Below, piece by piece: positions 6,951 through 15,705 of a stretch of DNA of 54,057 nt. A program made the translations under genes and the position numbers. Origin of the DNA: a virus (Duplodnaviria > Caudoviricetes); the IMG/VR virus record IMGVR_UViG_3300048597_000056, positions 1-54,057 of that record; one strand, given 5' to 3'. Position 1 is the stretch's first letter. Every line of letters begins with the position of its first letter. The notes under the pieces are model-generated. The model ran no database searches, had not been told where the DNA came from, and was given only the letters and a program-made list of their open reading frames with translations.

Positions 6951-7190
6951 CTAGAAGCCGCGCCCCTGAAGATCGGCCGTGTGCCACAGCATCAACTTGC
7001 CTTGCCTTTGGTGCCCGTCGCCACCTTCGCATCGAAGCACGGACAAGCACTCTTGATGTTTGGCGCTCAGGTGCCGGCATGTGCGGCAGTCAAGCGACTC
7101 CAGCTTTGCGGTTGCGTAATCTGCCGCGCTGACTACCTCCATCGTTCCGGCTCGATACGGGTGCTGAATGGTGAAGCTCTCAAACATCAT
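6951..7190 (-). CDS. Small Cys-rich hypothetical protein
   Basis: CRTCRH...C...C; stop lies 1 nt from attC4 R'. Confidence 0.6.
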   Translation of the reverse strand: MMFESFTIQHPYRAGTMEVVSAADYATAKLESLDCRTCRHLSAKHQECLSVLRCEGGDGHQRQGKLMLWHTADLQGRGF

Positions 7191-7251
7191 CTTGTTCCGG
7201 TTACGACTAGGGATAGGGTGGGTCTTGGGGGAAGAGTCGGCAGCTTTGCAC

Positions 7252-7617
7252 TCACAACAACCCAACCTGCACCAGCGCCCACAGCACGACGACGCCAAGA
7301 CTGGCGCCGAGTCCCCACGCGGCGACCGATGCTGCCTGAAACTGCTTCGGTGCCGGCCGGTAGAACAGCGCCTGCTGCAGCCAAAGCGCGTCGTTGCTGT
7401 AGTCGCGCGGGTTGACGCATTCGTAGGTGCCGGCGAGAGTGTCGCGGCGCAGCACTGAGCTGGGCGCCCAGCGGCTGCTGATGGCGGGCAGGCGTGGATC
7501 GAGAAAGACGGACCCGTCTTTGTTTCTGTGCAACATCATCCCCTCCAAGCAAGCAAAACACCGATCGCGGCAAACAGGGCGAATGTAAACAATGATTGGG
7601 CGGCGCACTTCATTCAT
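7252..7617 (-). CDS. Hypothetical protein with C-terminal TM segment
   Basis: GGAGG SD; hydrophobic C-terminus. Confidence 0.55.
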   Translation of the reverse strand: MNEVRRPIIVYIRPVCRDRCFACLEGMMLHRNKDGSVFLDPRLPAISSRWAPSSVLRRDTLAGTYECVNPRDYSNDALWLQQALFYRPAPKQFQAASVAAWGLGASLGVVVLWALVQVGLL

Positions 7618-7825
7618 CTTCCTCCGGCGGAAACATTGCGTCCCAATCCTCGCTTGTGTAGCCGGTCTTGATAAATTCGCGCTCCTCGGCCGACAAGTCG
7701 GGGAATATGTCTTGGATAAGCCGCGCACGGAAGCGCGACGCAAACTCGTCGAGTTGATCCTGCGTCACCGGCAAATCCATTGCCGCGGTGCGACCTGTAA
7801 GGGGGCTAGTGCGGACGATGATCAT
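7610..7825 (-). CDS. Conserved small phage protein (IQDIFPDLSAEEREFIKTG)
   Basis: GGAG SD, ATGA overlap, recognisable motif. Confidence 0.75.
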   Translation of the reverse strand: MIIVRTSPLTGRTAAMDLPVTQDQLDEFASRFRARLIQDIFPDLSAEEREFIKTGYTSEDWDAMFPPEEDE

Positions 7826-8148
7826 GCTGGAATCTCCGGGCAGTGCGGCGAGCCGGCGACATAGGCCACCGCCACGACGTTCAACAGCGACAGGCTTGCG
7901 CGGCACACGAGCACGCCGCGGCGCTCGAAGTAATCCTCGCCAACGGGAATGGTCAGCGTCCGCGCGCCATCTGTCTGTTGCAAATGGCGCCAGTCCATCC
8001 GGCCGTTTCGATCGACGCACCCGTTGAAGACAAAGCGGTCGCCCTGCATGTGCAGATCTCCCCAAGCGATGCCGCGCGATTGCTGCAGGTACAGCGTGCA
8101 GCCGGTGATGAGGCACTGCGTTCGGGTGGTGTTTTCGAGTTGCTTCAT
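7822..8148 (-). CDS. Hypothetical protein
   Basis: ATG at 8148; stop overlaps next start. Confidence 0.6.
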   Translation of the reverse strand: MKQLENTTRTQCLITGCTLYLQQSRGIAWGDLHMQGDRFVFNGCVDRNGRMDWRHLQQTDGARTLTIPVGEDYFERRGVLVCRASLSLLNVVAVAYVAGSPHCPEIPA

Positions 8149-8191
8149 AGGATGAAAGTCTGCCCGCACACCGAGCGCAATAAAACTGGTA

Positions 8192-8437
8192 TTAACCCTG
8201 CCTTTTGAACATCGCGGCATCGGGGCCGCAGAACGCTCCGGGCAGGCGAGCGTCGATGCAGTACAGGAATTCGCGTAGTCCTTGGTCGGCGCGCCGCGCC
8301 GTGCAGCGCTCGCCCGTGTAGCCCTCGTGTCGCTGGTCGGCGTGCGCCTTGTTACGGGTGTAGTGCGCGCAAGCGCGGCACTGCTCGCGCTGTGCCCACC
8401 ACAGCGCCGTCGCTGGATGTAGTTCGAGCAAGTTCAT
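8192..8437 (-). CDS. Small Cys-rich hypothetical protein
   Basis: CRACAH...C...C...CGPDA pattern. Confidence 0.65.
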   Translation of the reverse strand: MNLLELHPATALWWAQREQCRACAHYTRNKAHADQRHEGYTGERCTARRADQGLREFLYCIDARLPGAFCGPDAAMFKRQG

Positions 8438-8486
8438 GTCTTGTCCAGTCGCGCGAGCACTCTAGGTTTGTAGACTCGTTGTGCTC

Positions 8487-8666
8487 TCATTTCATTTCCA
8501 TGATTCGCCGCAGCACCTTGCCGGCTTTGGTCTCCCCGGCGCACAACCTCTGCTTCGTCTCGGGCGCGGGTGGCTGCACGCGGTTCGGGTAGCGCGGGTT
8601 GCAGTATTCGGCGGCAATCTTGCCCCGGTAGTGCGGGCCGAAGGGGTGGTTATTGGGGTAGGTCAC
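8487..8666 (-). CDS. Hypothetical protein
   Basis: GTGA overlap with upstream stop. Confidence 0.5.
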   Translation of the reverse strand: MTYPNNHPFGPHYRGKIAAEYCNPRYPNRVQPPAPETKQRLCAGETKAGKVLRRIMEMK

Positions 8667-9055
8667 ATGTGCCCTTTCCATTGAAAGACGCTCGGCGCGC
8701 GGGCGCGCAGCCGGTACTTGCTGGCGAGGCTGCGGGTGTTGTTGTCGATGGGCGGGAGTGGCGCGTACACCTCGCCGCCCTGAACGTAGTCGGGGTGCGC
8801 GTAGACGACCATCTGGCGAACACCGGGCTCGCGCACCGCAGCGACGCGCACCAGGGCGCCGCGCTGAACAAGGTCGCTGATCGCCCCGCGGACTTTGCGC
8901 GGCGTGATGTCGCGCAGCGCGTCCTGATGGATTTCGCGGCTCGTGGCACGGCCGGCTTCTTTCACATAGGCCATGATTCGGTACGACATGGAACCGGGCA
9001 TGAATGTGCCCTTGGTGCGGTTAGGCACGCTTGGGCTGCGGCGTTTGGGCTTCAT
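8663..9055 (-). CDS. Putative winged-helix DNA-binding protein
   Basis: RIMAYVKEAGRATSREI...VRGAISDLVQRGALVR pattern; ATGA overlap. Confidence 0.55.
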   Translation of the reverse strand: MKPKRRSPSVPNRTKGTFMPGSMSYRIMAYVKEAGRATSREIHQDALRDITPRKVRGAISDLVQRGALVRVAAVREPGVRQMVVYAHPDYVQGGEVYAPLPPIDNNTRSLASKYRLRARAPSVFQWKGHM

Positions 9056-9357
9056 AGCTTGCGCGCCCGCACCTTGTCCACGTACCGGCAGATGTCGGCG
9101 TAGCTCGGCGACCAGTTCGGATGCGTGTCGGGGAGCCGCTCGCCGATCTGCGTCAGCGCCATGCCGCACACCACGACCTTCATGCGTTCCACGGCCAATT
9201 CGTCGCGCAGCATGGCGATGCGCTTCTGGAGCTGCGTGACGACGGTACGAGGTGCTTCATTGTGGCGCCGGGCGCGGCGACCGACCCGGTAGCACGCGAT
9301 GCAAGCGGCCACGACCGACGAGACAAGCACGCCGAGTTCAAACTGGTTGAGGTTCAT
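9052..9357 (-). CDS. Hypothetical protein with N-terminal TM and coiled coil
   Basis: GAGGA SD; ATGA overlap. Confidence 0.65.
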   Translation of the reverse strand: MNLNQFELGVLVSSVVAACIACYRVGRRARRHNEAPRTVVTQLQKRIAMLRDELAVERMKVVVCGMALTQIGERLPDTHPNWSPSYADICRYVDKVRARKL

Positions 9358-9806
9358 AGCCAATCCTCAAATGCTTCATAGACCAGCGCGTTAAATTCAA
9401 CTCTAGCTGCGTCACTCGCTGCGTCCCACGCTGCGGCCCTCGCTGCGTCATCTCCCATCAGAAAATCGAGCACAACCTGCGGTGGTTTCCACAGATGCAC
9501 AACGGACAGCGCCTGCTGCCGTGCAAAGTAACGCAGAAGCAGCGTCGCGTCCATTCGAGTGACGATGGTGCGCTCGCTGCATGCCAGTTTGTCAACTGGA
9601 TTCCCGTGGGGTACAACGACGCCGCCGTATTCCACCAGACACAGATGTGGCCCGGAAGCGTATTGCAGCGCATCGAACGGGTCGGTGCTAACGTGCAGGC
9701 CAGACTTGCACGGGACCACGGGGCCGCTGTGGACCAGCTTGATGCCATCGGCCGGGACGGGCGACCCGTCACGCAGCGTGTCATCTACGAAGTGCCATGC
9801 TTTCAT
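9354..9806 (-). CDS. Conserved phage protein (CKSGLH...PFDALQYA) with Ala-rich 12-bp repeats
   Basis: GAGG SD; AARAAAWDAASDAA repeats near 9406-9451. Confidence 0.7.
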   Translation of the reverse strand: MKAWHFVDDTLRDGSPVPADGIKLVHSGPVVPCKSGLHVSTDPFDALQYASGPHLCLVEYGGVVVPHGNPVDKLACSERTIVTRMDATLLLRYFARQQALSVVHLWKPPQVVLDFLMGDDAARAAAWDAASDAARVEFNALVYEAFEDWL

Positions 9807-10048
9807 GCCGTCACCTCTGCTTGCACGACGCGCGCCTTGTACAACTTGACCGCCAGCGGCATCAGGCTGCGGTGCGCGTAGGTGGCGCGGACGTAGGCCT
9901 GAGCCTCGGACGGGCTCATCGCGCACAGGTCGCGCACGAGCGGTTCGAGGTGCGCTTCGTGGTCGGCTCTGGATGGGCAATAGGGCTGCGCGCGCTGCCA
10001 CGCTTGGAGCTCGGCGCTGGCGCAACGGGTGGCGAATGTGCGGGTCAT
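9803..10048 (-). CDS. Hypothetical protein
   Basis: AAGGA SD; ATGA overlaps. Confidence 0.6.
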   Translation of the reverse strand: MTRTFATRCASAELQAWQRAQPYCPSRADHEAHLEPLVRDLCAMSPSEAQAYVRATYAHRSLMPLAVKLYKARVVQAEVTA

Positions 10049-10269
10049 TCTGGTTCCTTTCTGAATTTCACTAGCTCATCAAAAACCACTGTTGCGTACT
10101 TCTGGTCACGATTTTTGTATTGGGCAGACTCGATGCTAGTCAAGTGGCCCCGCCGCCTGTGAATTTCGATGTGGGTCTGCTTCGCAAACGCGACAGTCTT
10201 GCCGGCTTGCAGCAGCGCTTCAGCCATCGCATTCTGGATCGCGGTCTTGGCGAAGGTGCGGGTGTTCAT
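10045..10269 (-). CDS. Hypothetical protein
   Basis: ATGA overlaps at both ends. Confidence 0.6.
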   Translation of the reverse strand: MNTRTFAKTAIQNAMAEALLQAGKTVAFAKQTHIEIHRRRGHLTSIESAQYKNRDQKYATVVFDELVKFRKEPE

Positions 10270-10577
10270 TGCGTTTGACCTTCTTTCCACATTTCGTATT
10301 CTGCTTCGGCGCGTGCCGCGTGCCAGTCGGATTCGATCGACGTTAGCCGCTCCATCACTTCGCTTTCGCAGCGATCGAGGTCGAGTTGAGGATACGTGTC
10401 AGGTGACTCCCAACCGGCGCCGAAGTTGACCTCGATGATGAACACGCTCGGATCGTATCCCGGCGAGCCGACCCCGGCTCGTGCGTCAAACCATTGATCC
10501 TCGCCGCGGTCGTAGTCGAAGCGCACGCGAAACGCGGTGTCGCCATCGAACATTTCTATTTCTGTTGGCAGCTTCAT
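10266..10577 (-). CDS. Acidic hypothetical protein
   Basis: GGAG SD; ORF packing. Confidence 0.7.
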   Translation of the reverse strand: MKLPTEIEMFDGDTAFRVRFDYDRGEDQWFDARAGVGSPGYDPSVFIIEVNFGAGWESPDTYPQLDLDRCESEVMERLTSIESDWHAARAEAEYEMWKEGQTQ

Positions 10578-10578
10578 T

Positions 10579-10788
10579 TCAGTCTCCCCAGTAGGTGCGG
10601 CCGGAAACGTTCATCCGCGGGTCATAGAAGTCGGCCATCGTGAAGCGGCGCAGCGGGCCGACGAAGGCCGGGTGGCCTGGGCGCGGGACGTTGCGCTCGG
10701 GACGGGCCGCGAATTCGCGTGCGATTTGCCTGCGAATGCTTTCCTCCAGCGAGATCGCCGAGGGCTCGGGGGTGAAGATGCTTTGCAC
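10579..10788 (-). CDS. Hypothetical protein
   Basis: Stop 1 nt before next start; start codon uncertain. Confidence 0.45.
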   Translation of the reverse strand: MQSIFTPEPSAISLEESIRRQIAREFAARPERNVPRPGHPAFVGPLRRFTMADFYDPRMNVSGRTYWGD

Positions 10789-10889
10789 TTTGCTTTCATT
10801 TCTGTTTCAACCGTGAACGGATTCTGCGCCAACTAGTGATTCTTCTATTCAGCTACGATATTTGGAATTGGTACAAACCCTATGCTCTA

Positions 10890-11927
10890 TCACTCAGCTG
10901 GTTGCTGCGAAGCGCTTCCATGCTTTCCGCGCCAGTATTCAGTGAGCACCAAATGCCCTGCTTCGTCTAGCGTGTCTCTGGCCTGATCAAGCACAAGCGC
11001 AGCAGTCTCTGAGTCTGCGGCGGAGTCAATATCGGCCTTGAGTTGTTCGACAGTCTTTATGGGCTGTTCTTTGGTGGCCTTCTTCGCCTTGATTGCCGCT
11101 TTGACTTTCTCTGCAGCTGATGCAGTCGCTGCAGAATCCTCGACGGCCTCGAACCAGTCGGATATGCCGCTCATTCCGTCCCGCAGACTTGCGTAAATCT
11201 TCTTCAGAGCTACTACCTGGGCGGGCTGGATAGCATCTAGCCGGCGCTGGATGCGCTTTTCGATCTGATCCTTAGAGACGTTGAACCCTGCGAATGCAGC
11301 TACCATCTTTTGCGTAGCCTCTGGGCTTGTGTCGGCGCTAGCGTGCATGGTCAGTTCGCACTGATTAACCGCTGCCTCAGTCACGTCACCAGGGATGACC
11401 GCCAGGATGCATGCGCGCAGCCTTCGCGCGCCGCTGTTAGCGACCAGTTCGTAGATGTCCCGCGGGTCTTCAAGCCTAGTGGCTCCGCGCTTCGTGTAGC
11501 GGATATGCGGAACGTGGAACACCTTATCGCACTGATATCCGGTTTCCAAATCCCATGCAATGGTCTGCACTGTCGACGAACCGTTTGACTGGTCAAGCTC
11601 ACGCACCGACGTCTTGATGTTCCCCCACTGCTGTGCGATAGCCTCGGCAAGCCTTATGGATGGACCGCTAATGTCCGTTCCGCCACGGCTGTAGGTATAG
11701 ATAGCCGCATTAGCGAGCGACGGCCGGGTGCATGAATTCAGGATGCGGTCCATCGACTGGATTGGGTCGCGCGGGTTCATCCGCGCAATCATCATCGCGG
11801 CCTGCACTTCAGCTATGGCCCGATGCTGGTCGGTGTTCGCAACCGCAGTCTGCGGCCTAGTGGCTACAGGAGCATTGGCGAACGGGCTCGCTGCTGACTT
11901 CTCGTCTAGATCGGTGTTCATTGTCAT
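10890..11927 (-). CDS. Putative ssDNA-annealing/recombination protein (partner of YqaJ)
   Basis: YSRGGTDISGPSIRLAEAIAQQWGN motif; position next to the exonuclease; function inferred from synteny. Confidence 0.55.
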   Translation of the reverse strand: MTMNTDLDEKSAASPFANAPVATRPQTAVANTDQHRAIAEVQAAMMIARMNPRDPIQSMDRILNSCTRPSLANAAIYTYSRGGTDISGPSIRLAEAIAQQWGNIKTSVRELDQSNGSSTVQTIAWDLETGYQCDKVFHVPHIRYTKRGATRLEDPRDIYELVANSGARRLRACILAVIPGDVTEAAVNQCELTMHASADTSPEATQKMVAAFAGFNVSKDQIEKRIQRRLDAIQPAQVVALKKIYASLRDGMSGISDWFEAVEDSAATASAAEKVKAAIKAKKATKEQPIKTVEQLKADIDSAADSETAALVLDQARDTLDEAGHLVLTEYWRGKHGSASQQPAE

Positions 11928-11950
11928 CCTCTGGTGTTAGGTGAAGCTAA

Positions 11951-11980
11951 AGTATAGCCACGGCTAATGACTGATGTAAA
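11951..11980 (-). promoter_or_regulatory. Leftward sigma70-like promoter with operator TAGCCacGGCTA (11955-11966)
   Basis: Minus strand TTTACA-N18-TATACT; operator has perfect palindromic arms and overlaps the -10. Confidence 0.7.
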
Positions 11981-11983
11981 GCG

Positions 11984-12889
11984 TTATTTCAGGAGAAAGC
12001 GACGAGACACATTGCCGGTGTGCGCGAATTGATAGTAGAGGTCAGGGTGTGCAACCTTGAACTTCGCCGCGTCGAAGCGTTGTGCTGGCTTTGCTGCCTT
12101 CCAAGTGCAAAGAGTCGATCCACGTTCATCGACAAGCGTATCGGCTTCTCCCATTGCCTTCATCACGAAAGCCTTGAGCATTTCCTCCTGCTCGTCGTAC
12201 TGTGCGCGTTGCAGTCGGAGTGCTTGAAGCTGCAATACAGCCTCCTTTACGGGGTCGTCTGCCATCACCAGTGCTGACTTGCTGGCGCGGCCCCACTTGG
12301 CCTGTACGTCTGCAAAGCTAACCGGGTCTGGAGGATTCCCGGCCTGCACTCGCGACCAGAATTCAGCCTCTGCCGCAATGATCATTTCCTGAAGCTCGCG
12401 GTCTGCCTCGACTTCGTAGATACGGAAGTCACTCCCGCCGATCAGCACGGCAATGTCAGCGACTGGAATAGCGGTAACTTCCATGTAGTGCTGCACCTGT
12501 AGGAGGTAGGCTTCCGGTACTTGATCTGTCCCAGGCTCGCCCCATCCCTCGGAGCTTCTAGCTGTCTTTGCCTCGAAGATTCGCCCGGTGCGGTCTGCAA
12601 TGACCCCATCGAGATTGGCGATCATGAAGTCATGCTTCGGGTGCCTGAGCATCGTCTCTGGAATGCGGACTTCGTTCCCTGTGGCATCAGAGTAAGCCTG
12701 CCGGATGACTGGTTCTAGATACCGTCCCCACTGCATCGCTTTGTTGTCCTCGGTAGGCTGAGATTCCCCGCGCTTAGACAGGTAAACCTCCAGCGCTGTA
12801 GACCACTTGCTCAGACCCAGGATCGCCGCTACGTCCGATCCGCCGATCCCTGTCGAGCGGGCCAGATGCCATTCTCTAGACTTTTCCAT
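11984..12889 (-). CDS. YqaJ-family (lambda-exonuclease-like) viral recombinase/nuclease
   Basis: RSTGIGGSDVAAILG, WGRYLEP, ANLDG, EAKT, QVQHYM motifs. Confidence 0.92.
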   Translation of the reverse strand: MEKSREWHLARSTGIGGSDVAAILGLSKWSTALEVYLSKRGESQPTEDNKAMQWGRYLEPVIRQAYSDATGNEVRIPETMLRHPKHDFMIANLDGVIADRTGRIFEAKTARSSEGWGEPGTDQVPEAYLLQVQHYMEVTAIPVADIAVLIGGSDFRIYEVEADRELQEMIIAAEAEFWSRVQAGNPPDPVSFADVQAKWGRASKSALVMADDPVKEAVLQLQALRLQRAQYDEQEEMLKAFVMKAMGEADTLVDERGSTLCTWKAAKPAQRFDAAKFKVAHPDLYYQFAHTGNVSRRFLLK

Positions 12890-13151
12890 GTGTGTCCTTC
12901 AAACTTTGTTCAAGAAACGTGATGTAGCTGCAAAGCGACTTGATTTCGTTGCGCAGCATTCCTATCTCACGCGCCATGCGATACAGCGGTTCGTATATGT
13001 GCTGCACCGCTAACTGCGCCTCGCGGATCAGGTTGTTAGCCTGCTCGGTAGCGGCCACTGCGTTGTCCACGGACGGCCACGTTGCGGTGTCCTCAATGTC
13101 GGGGAGACTTTGCGTAATCGCTGCGCGTTCTTCAACGTATGCGGTGTTCAT
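12876..13151 (-). CDS. Hypothetical coiled-coil protein
   Basis: AAGGAG SD before ATG. Confidence 0.7.
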   Translation of the reverse strand: MNTAYVEERAAITQSLPDIEDTATWPSVDNAVAATEQANNLIREAQLAVQHIYEPLYRMAREIGMLRNEIKSLCSYITFLEQSLKDTHGKV

Positions 13152-13161
13152 GATTCTCCTT

Positions 13162-13413
13162 TCAGTGACCGAAATCCCAAACTTTCGCCCATGACTTCCG
13201 AGTGATCTTGACTAGCCAAAGGTCTCCGTTTGCCCTGTAGGCGAACTGGTGCAGAAACGCAATGTCGTCGTGCCTTGCAAGCCAATTCCTGGCATGGATA
13301 AGCGTGTCGCGGAACGACCCGGCTGTGATCCGCGCGTCCGGACTAGCCCACATGGCAAGGTCGCGCACATCGAACAGATCGCGGATCGGGCTATCAGGCG
13401 ACGGAAGTTTCAT
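13162..13413 (-). CDS. Hypothetical protein
   Basis: ORF fills the gap in the leftward operon. Confidence 0.65.
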   Translation of the reverse strand: MKLPSPDSPIRDLFDVRDLAMWASPDARITAGSFRDTLIHARNWLARHDDIAFLHQFAYRANGDLWLVKITRKSWAKVWDFGH

Positions 13414-13606
13414 CTTTGCTCGCTGCTTCTGCGACTTGGTTTGGAAGCATTTCGATGATCACAGGCTCGGCAGAGAAGCCGCAGACTTCGTGCGTCGAGC
13501 CGTCCTCAAGGTGGAACGTCAGACTGTGCGAAGTGAATGACTCGAAGGTCATCAGTTGGAACGTGATGCGCTTGACGTTGTGGACGCTGGTGGTGGTGAT
13601 GCTTAT
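13394..13606 (-). CDS. Hypothetical 70-aa protein with apparent ATA start (not in ORF track)
   Basis: GGAGG-cgaact-ATA overlapping upstream TAA; open frame SITTSVHNVKRITFQ... to TGA at 13394. Confidence 0.55.
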   Translation of the reverse strand: MSITTTSVHNVKRITFQLMTFESFTSHSLTFHLEDGSTHEVCGFSAEPVIIEMLPNQVAEAASKDETSVA

Positions 13607-13965
13607 AGTTCGCCTCCTGCTGCTTTGATAGCCGCGCGCATCGCGGTGCCGTGCTGGCTCAAGATCATCATGGCGGTGTTAGGCGCCTGCCTGCCGTCCT
13701 CAAGGTCGTAAACGTCCTCCATCTGCTCCAGCGTGTCGAGGACTTGGCTCAGGGCGGCAAGTAAGTCCGGCGCAGCGGATATCAGGCGAGCCACGTCATC
13801 GCACTTGGCAGCCATCACAAATCCCTCGTCAGAGTCGTGTCCGTCCGTGCAATCTGCGATCAAGCCTCCGCAGGCATCAAGTACAACTACCCGCCAATCT
13901 GTCGATTCAACGGACCACGACGATGGCGAGTCACCGTCTACTTCCCATGAGTGCTTGCTCATCAT
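13603..13965 (-). CDS. Conserved phage protein (ARLISAAPDLLAAL)
   Basis: Recognisable motif; ATGA overlap. Confidence 0.8.
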   Translation of the reverse strand: MMSKHSWEVDGDSPSSWSVESTDWRVVVLDACGGLIADCTDGHDSDEGFVMAAKCDDVARLISAAPDLLAALSQVLDTLEQMEDVYDLEDGRQAPNTAMMILSQHGTAMRAAIKAAGGEL

Positions 13966-14168
13966 TCATCCACCAGACAATCAGCGGCAGACTTCATCAG
14001 ATCGCGTGCAGCGGCGGTGTCGCCTGCCAGCAGCGCGCGTTCTGCGCGACCGATGTATTCCTCTGCCATTGCGATGCACTCGCGCAGTTCGTCTGACTCT
14101 GTGCCTTCCGGCTCGGCCATATTGTCGAAGGTGGATTGCGCCTTGGACATTGCGGTTTGCTGGTTCAT
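13962..14168 (-). CDS. Hypothetical protein, first gene after an internal promoter
   Basis: AGGAG SD before ATG at 14168. Confidence 0.7.
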   Translation of the reverse strand: MNQQTAMSKAQSTFDNMAEPEGTESDELRECIAMAEEYIGRAERALLAGDTAAARDLMKSAADCLVDE

Positions 14169-14202
14169 CGTGCTTTCTCCTGGTGTGTGAGTCGATGTGG
14201 AG

Positions 14203-14243
14203 ACTATAGCCAAAGCTAAAGCACAGTGCAATAGCTTTGGCTA
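14203..14243 (-). promoter_or_regulatory. Leftward promoter with two operators (14207-14218, 14232-14243)
   Basis: Minus strand TTGCAC-N17-TATAGT; TAGCCaaAGCTA and TAGCTttGGCTA. Confidence 0.75.
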
Positions 14244-14261
14244 ACTGTTACACCTTTCTTT

Positions 14262-15335
14262 TCACGCCAGTTGCAGCGGCTTAGCGTTTGCGATGGCAGA
14301 CCACTCGCGCTGCGGGAGTTCCATGAGCCTATAGCCCAGGGTTTCCAGTTCCGTTGCGCGGTCGTAGCTAGGAACATCCTCGGCAGTGCGGGTCACTGCG
14401 TTGATGAGTGCGTACCGGCTAAGGTCGCCGCCAGTGATCAGGTGCCGCAGAACCGATTGACGTTCTCCGATCTGGAGTCCGAGAGTCGGGCCGAGAGCTT
14501 CTACGGCGGCATTGACGTCCCCGGTAATCTCCTGCTGGGTAGTCTCGGTCAGGCCATCGATGAACTTGCGGAACGACTGTTCGTTGAATGCGTTGGCAAG
14601 AACGTCCCGGACCTTGCGTAACACCAACTCATCCTCTAGGCGGCGGGTCGAGTCAGACAGGATGCCTTCGATATCCATGTCGATCTTGCGACCGATATGA
14701 GCCTTGCGCATCCCTGACTTGTCCCGCACCATCCCGTTGGTGCAGATCAGGAAATGGGCGAACGGGGTGATCGAGAGCGAACCAGACCCGACTTCGCTGT
14801 TGCGGATCATCACCCCTGCCTCGACCAGATCACCGACCCGGCGAGAGCCAGGAACTGGCATAACGATATCGTTGCTCACCGCCTTGATGTAGAGGCGCGA
14901 TTCGGTGATGGCGCTGGAGACTACCCGCAAGCCGCGCTGGTCGCTCAGGACGTTCAAGGCCACCTCGGCGACCTCCTTGTTGTCGATGCGTTGATAGCGA
15001 TCCGACAGCAGCGCGCGGACGTTTCCGTTCAGCGTGCGGATCATCCTGCGCTCGTTGCCCTTGTCGTCCATCCAGCGATTCACGTTCTTCGCCAGCAGGG
15101 GCTTGTCCTCAGTGCGAAGCCGGTCGTAGTACGCAGCAGGGATGCCGGTGTACTCCGCAATCTGGCGGTGCCCGCCATCAGTGGCAAGGCTCTGGTCCAA
15201 GGCGCCAGGGACGGTTATCGTTGCATCGTCGTTCATGCTGACCGAGTGGCTAGGAACCACGTAGTCAAACATCGCGGCTGCGTTTGCTTCCAGGGTGGCT
15301 GCGAGTTCGGTGAGGGATTTCATCTGTTGCTTCAT
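14262..15335 (-). CDS. DUF932/DUF945-like phage/plasmid protein
   Basis: RALLSDRYQRIDN, NSEVGSGS, ICTNGM, LINAVTRTA motifs; GGAG SD. Confidence 0.8.
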   Translation of the reverse strand: MKQQMKSLTELAATLEANAAAMFDYVVPSHSVSMNDDATITVPGALDQSLATDGGHRQIAEYTGIPAAYYDRLRTEDKPLLAKNVNRWMDDKGNERRMIRTLNGNVRALLSDRYQRIDNKEVAEVALNVLSDQRGLRVVSSAITESRLYIKAVSNDIVMPVPGSRRVGDLVEAGVMIRNSEVGSGSLSITPFAHFLICTNGMVRDKSGMRKAHIGRKIDMDIEGILSDSTRRLEDELVLRKVRDVLANAFNEQSFRKFIDGLTETTQQEITGDVNAAVEALGPTLGLQIGERQSVLRHLITGGDLSRYALINAVTRTAEDVPSYDRATELETLGYRLMELPQREWSAIANAKPLQLA

Positions 15336-15392
15336 GCGGTTCTCCGGTGGGTTGCGTCTGCTCTGGTTCCCTGCAATCTGCAAGGTGCGTGA

Positions 15393-15433
15393 ATATTAGC
15401 CTAGACTAAGCACTATGTCTATAGCCTAGATTA
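15393..15433 (-). promoter_or_regulatory. Main leftward promoter with two operators (15397-15408, 15422-15433)
   Basis: Minus strand TAGACA-N17-TAATAT; TAGCCtaGACTA and TAGCCtaGATTA. Confidence 0.75.
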
Positions 15434-15464
15434 AACTGTTACATCTTTTTTTCGGCCTCTGCTG

Positions 15465-15493
15465 TTGCCAGCATACTTTGCCTAGGCTAAGAT
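15465..15493 (+). promoter_or_regulatory. Rightward promoter with operator (15478-15489), probably giving a leaderless mRNA
   Basis: TTGCCA-N17-TAAGAT, then 6 nt to ATG at 15500; TTGCCtaGGCTA overlaps spacer and -10. Confidence 0.75.
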
Positions 15494-15499
15494 TGCGCC

Positions 15500-15703
15500 A
15501 TGACTAAAGATGACGTAGTTGCCTTCTTCGGCAATCAGGCAGAGGTCGCCAGGGTGCTAGAGATAAGCCAGCCCAGCGTGTGCAACTGGATCGAGGTGCC
15601 ACCCATGCGGCAGCTCGAACTGGAGCGCATCACCGAGGGCAAGCTGCGAGCCGGCCCGGAGTGCGCTCGCTACCGCGTCGGTACTCTAGTTAAGGCTCGC
15701 TGA
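15500..15703 (+). CDS. cro: Cro-like HTH regulator
   Basis: FFGNQAEVARVLEISQPSVCNW...LERITEGKLRA, P22/N15 Cro-type pattern; first gene of the rightward arm. Confidence 0.85.
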   Translation: MTKDDVVAFFGNQAEVARVLEISQPSVCNWIEVPPMRQLELERITEGKLRAGPECARYRVGTLVKAR

Positions 15704-15705
15704 CC

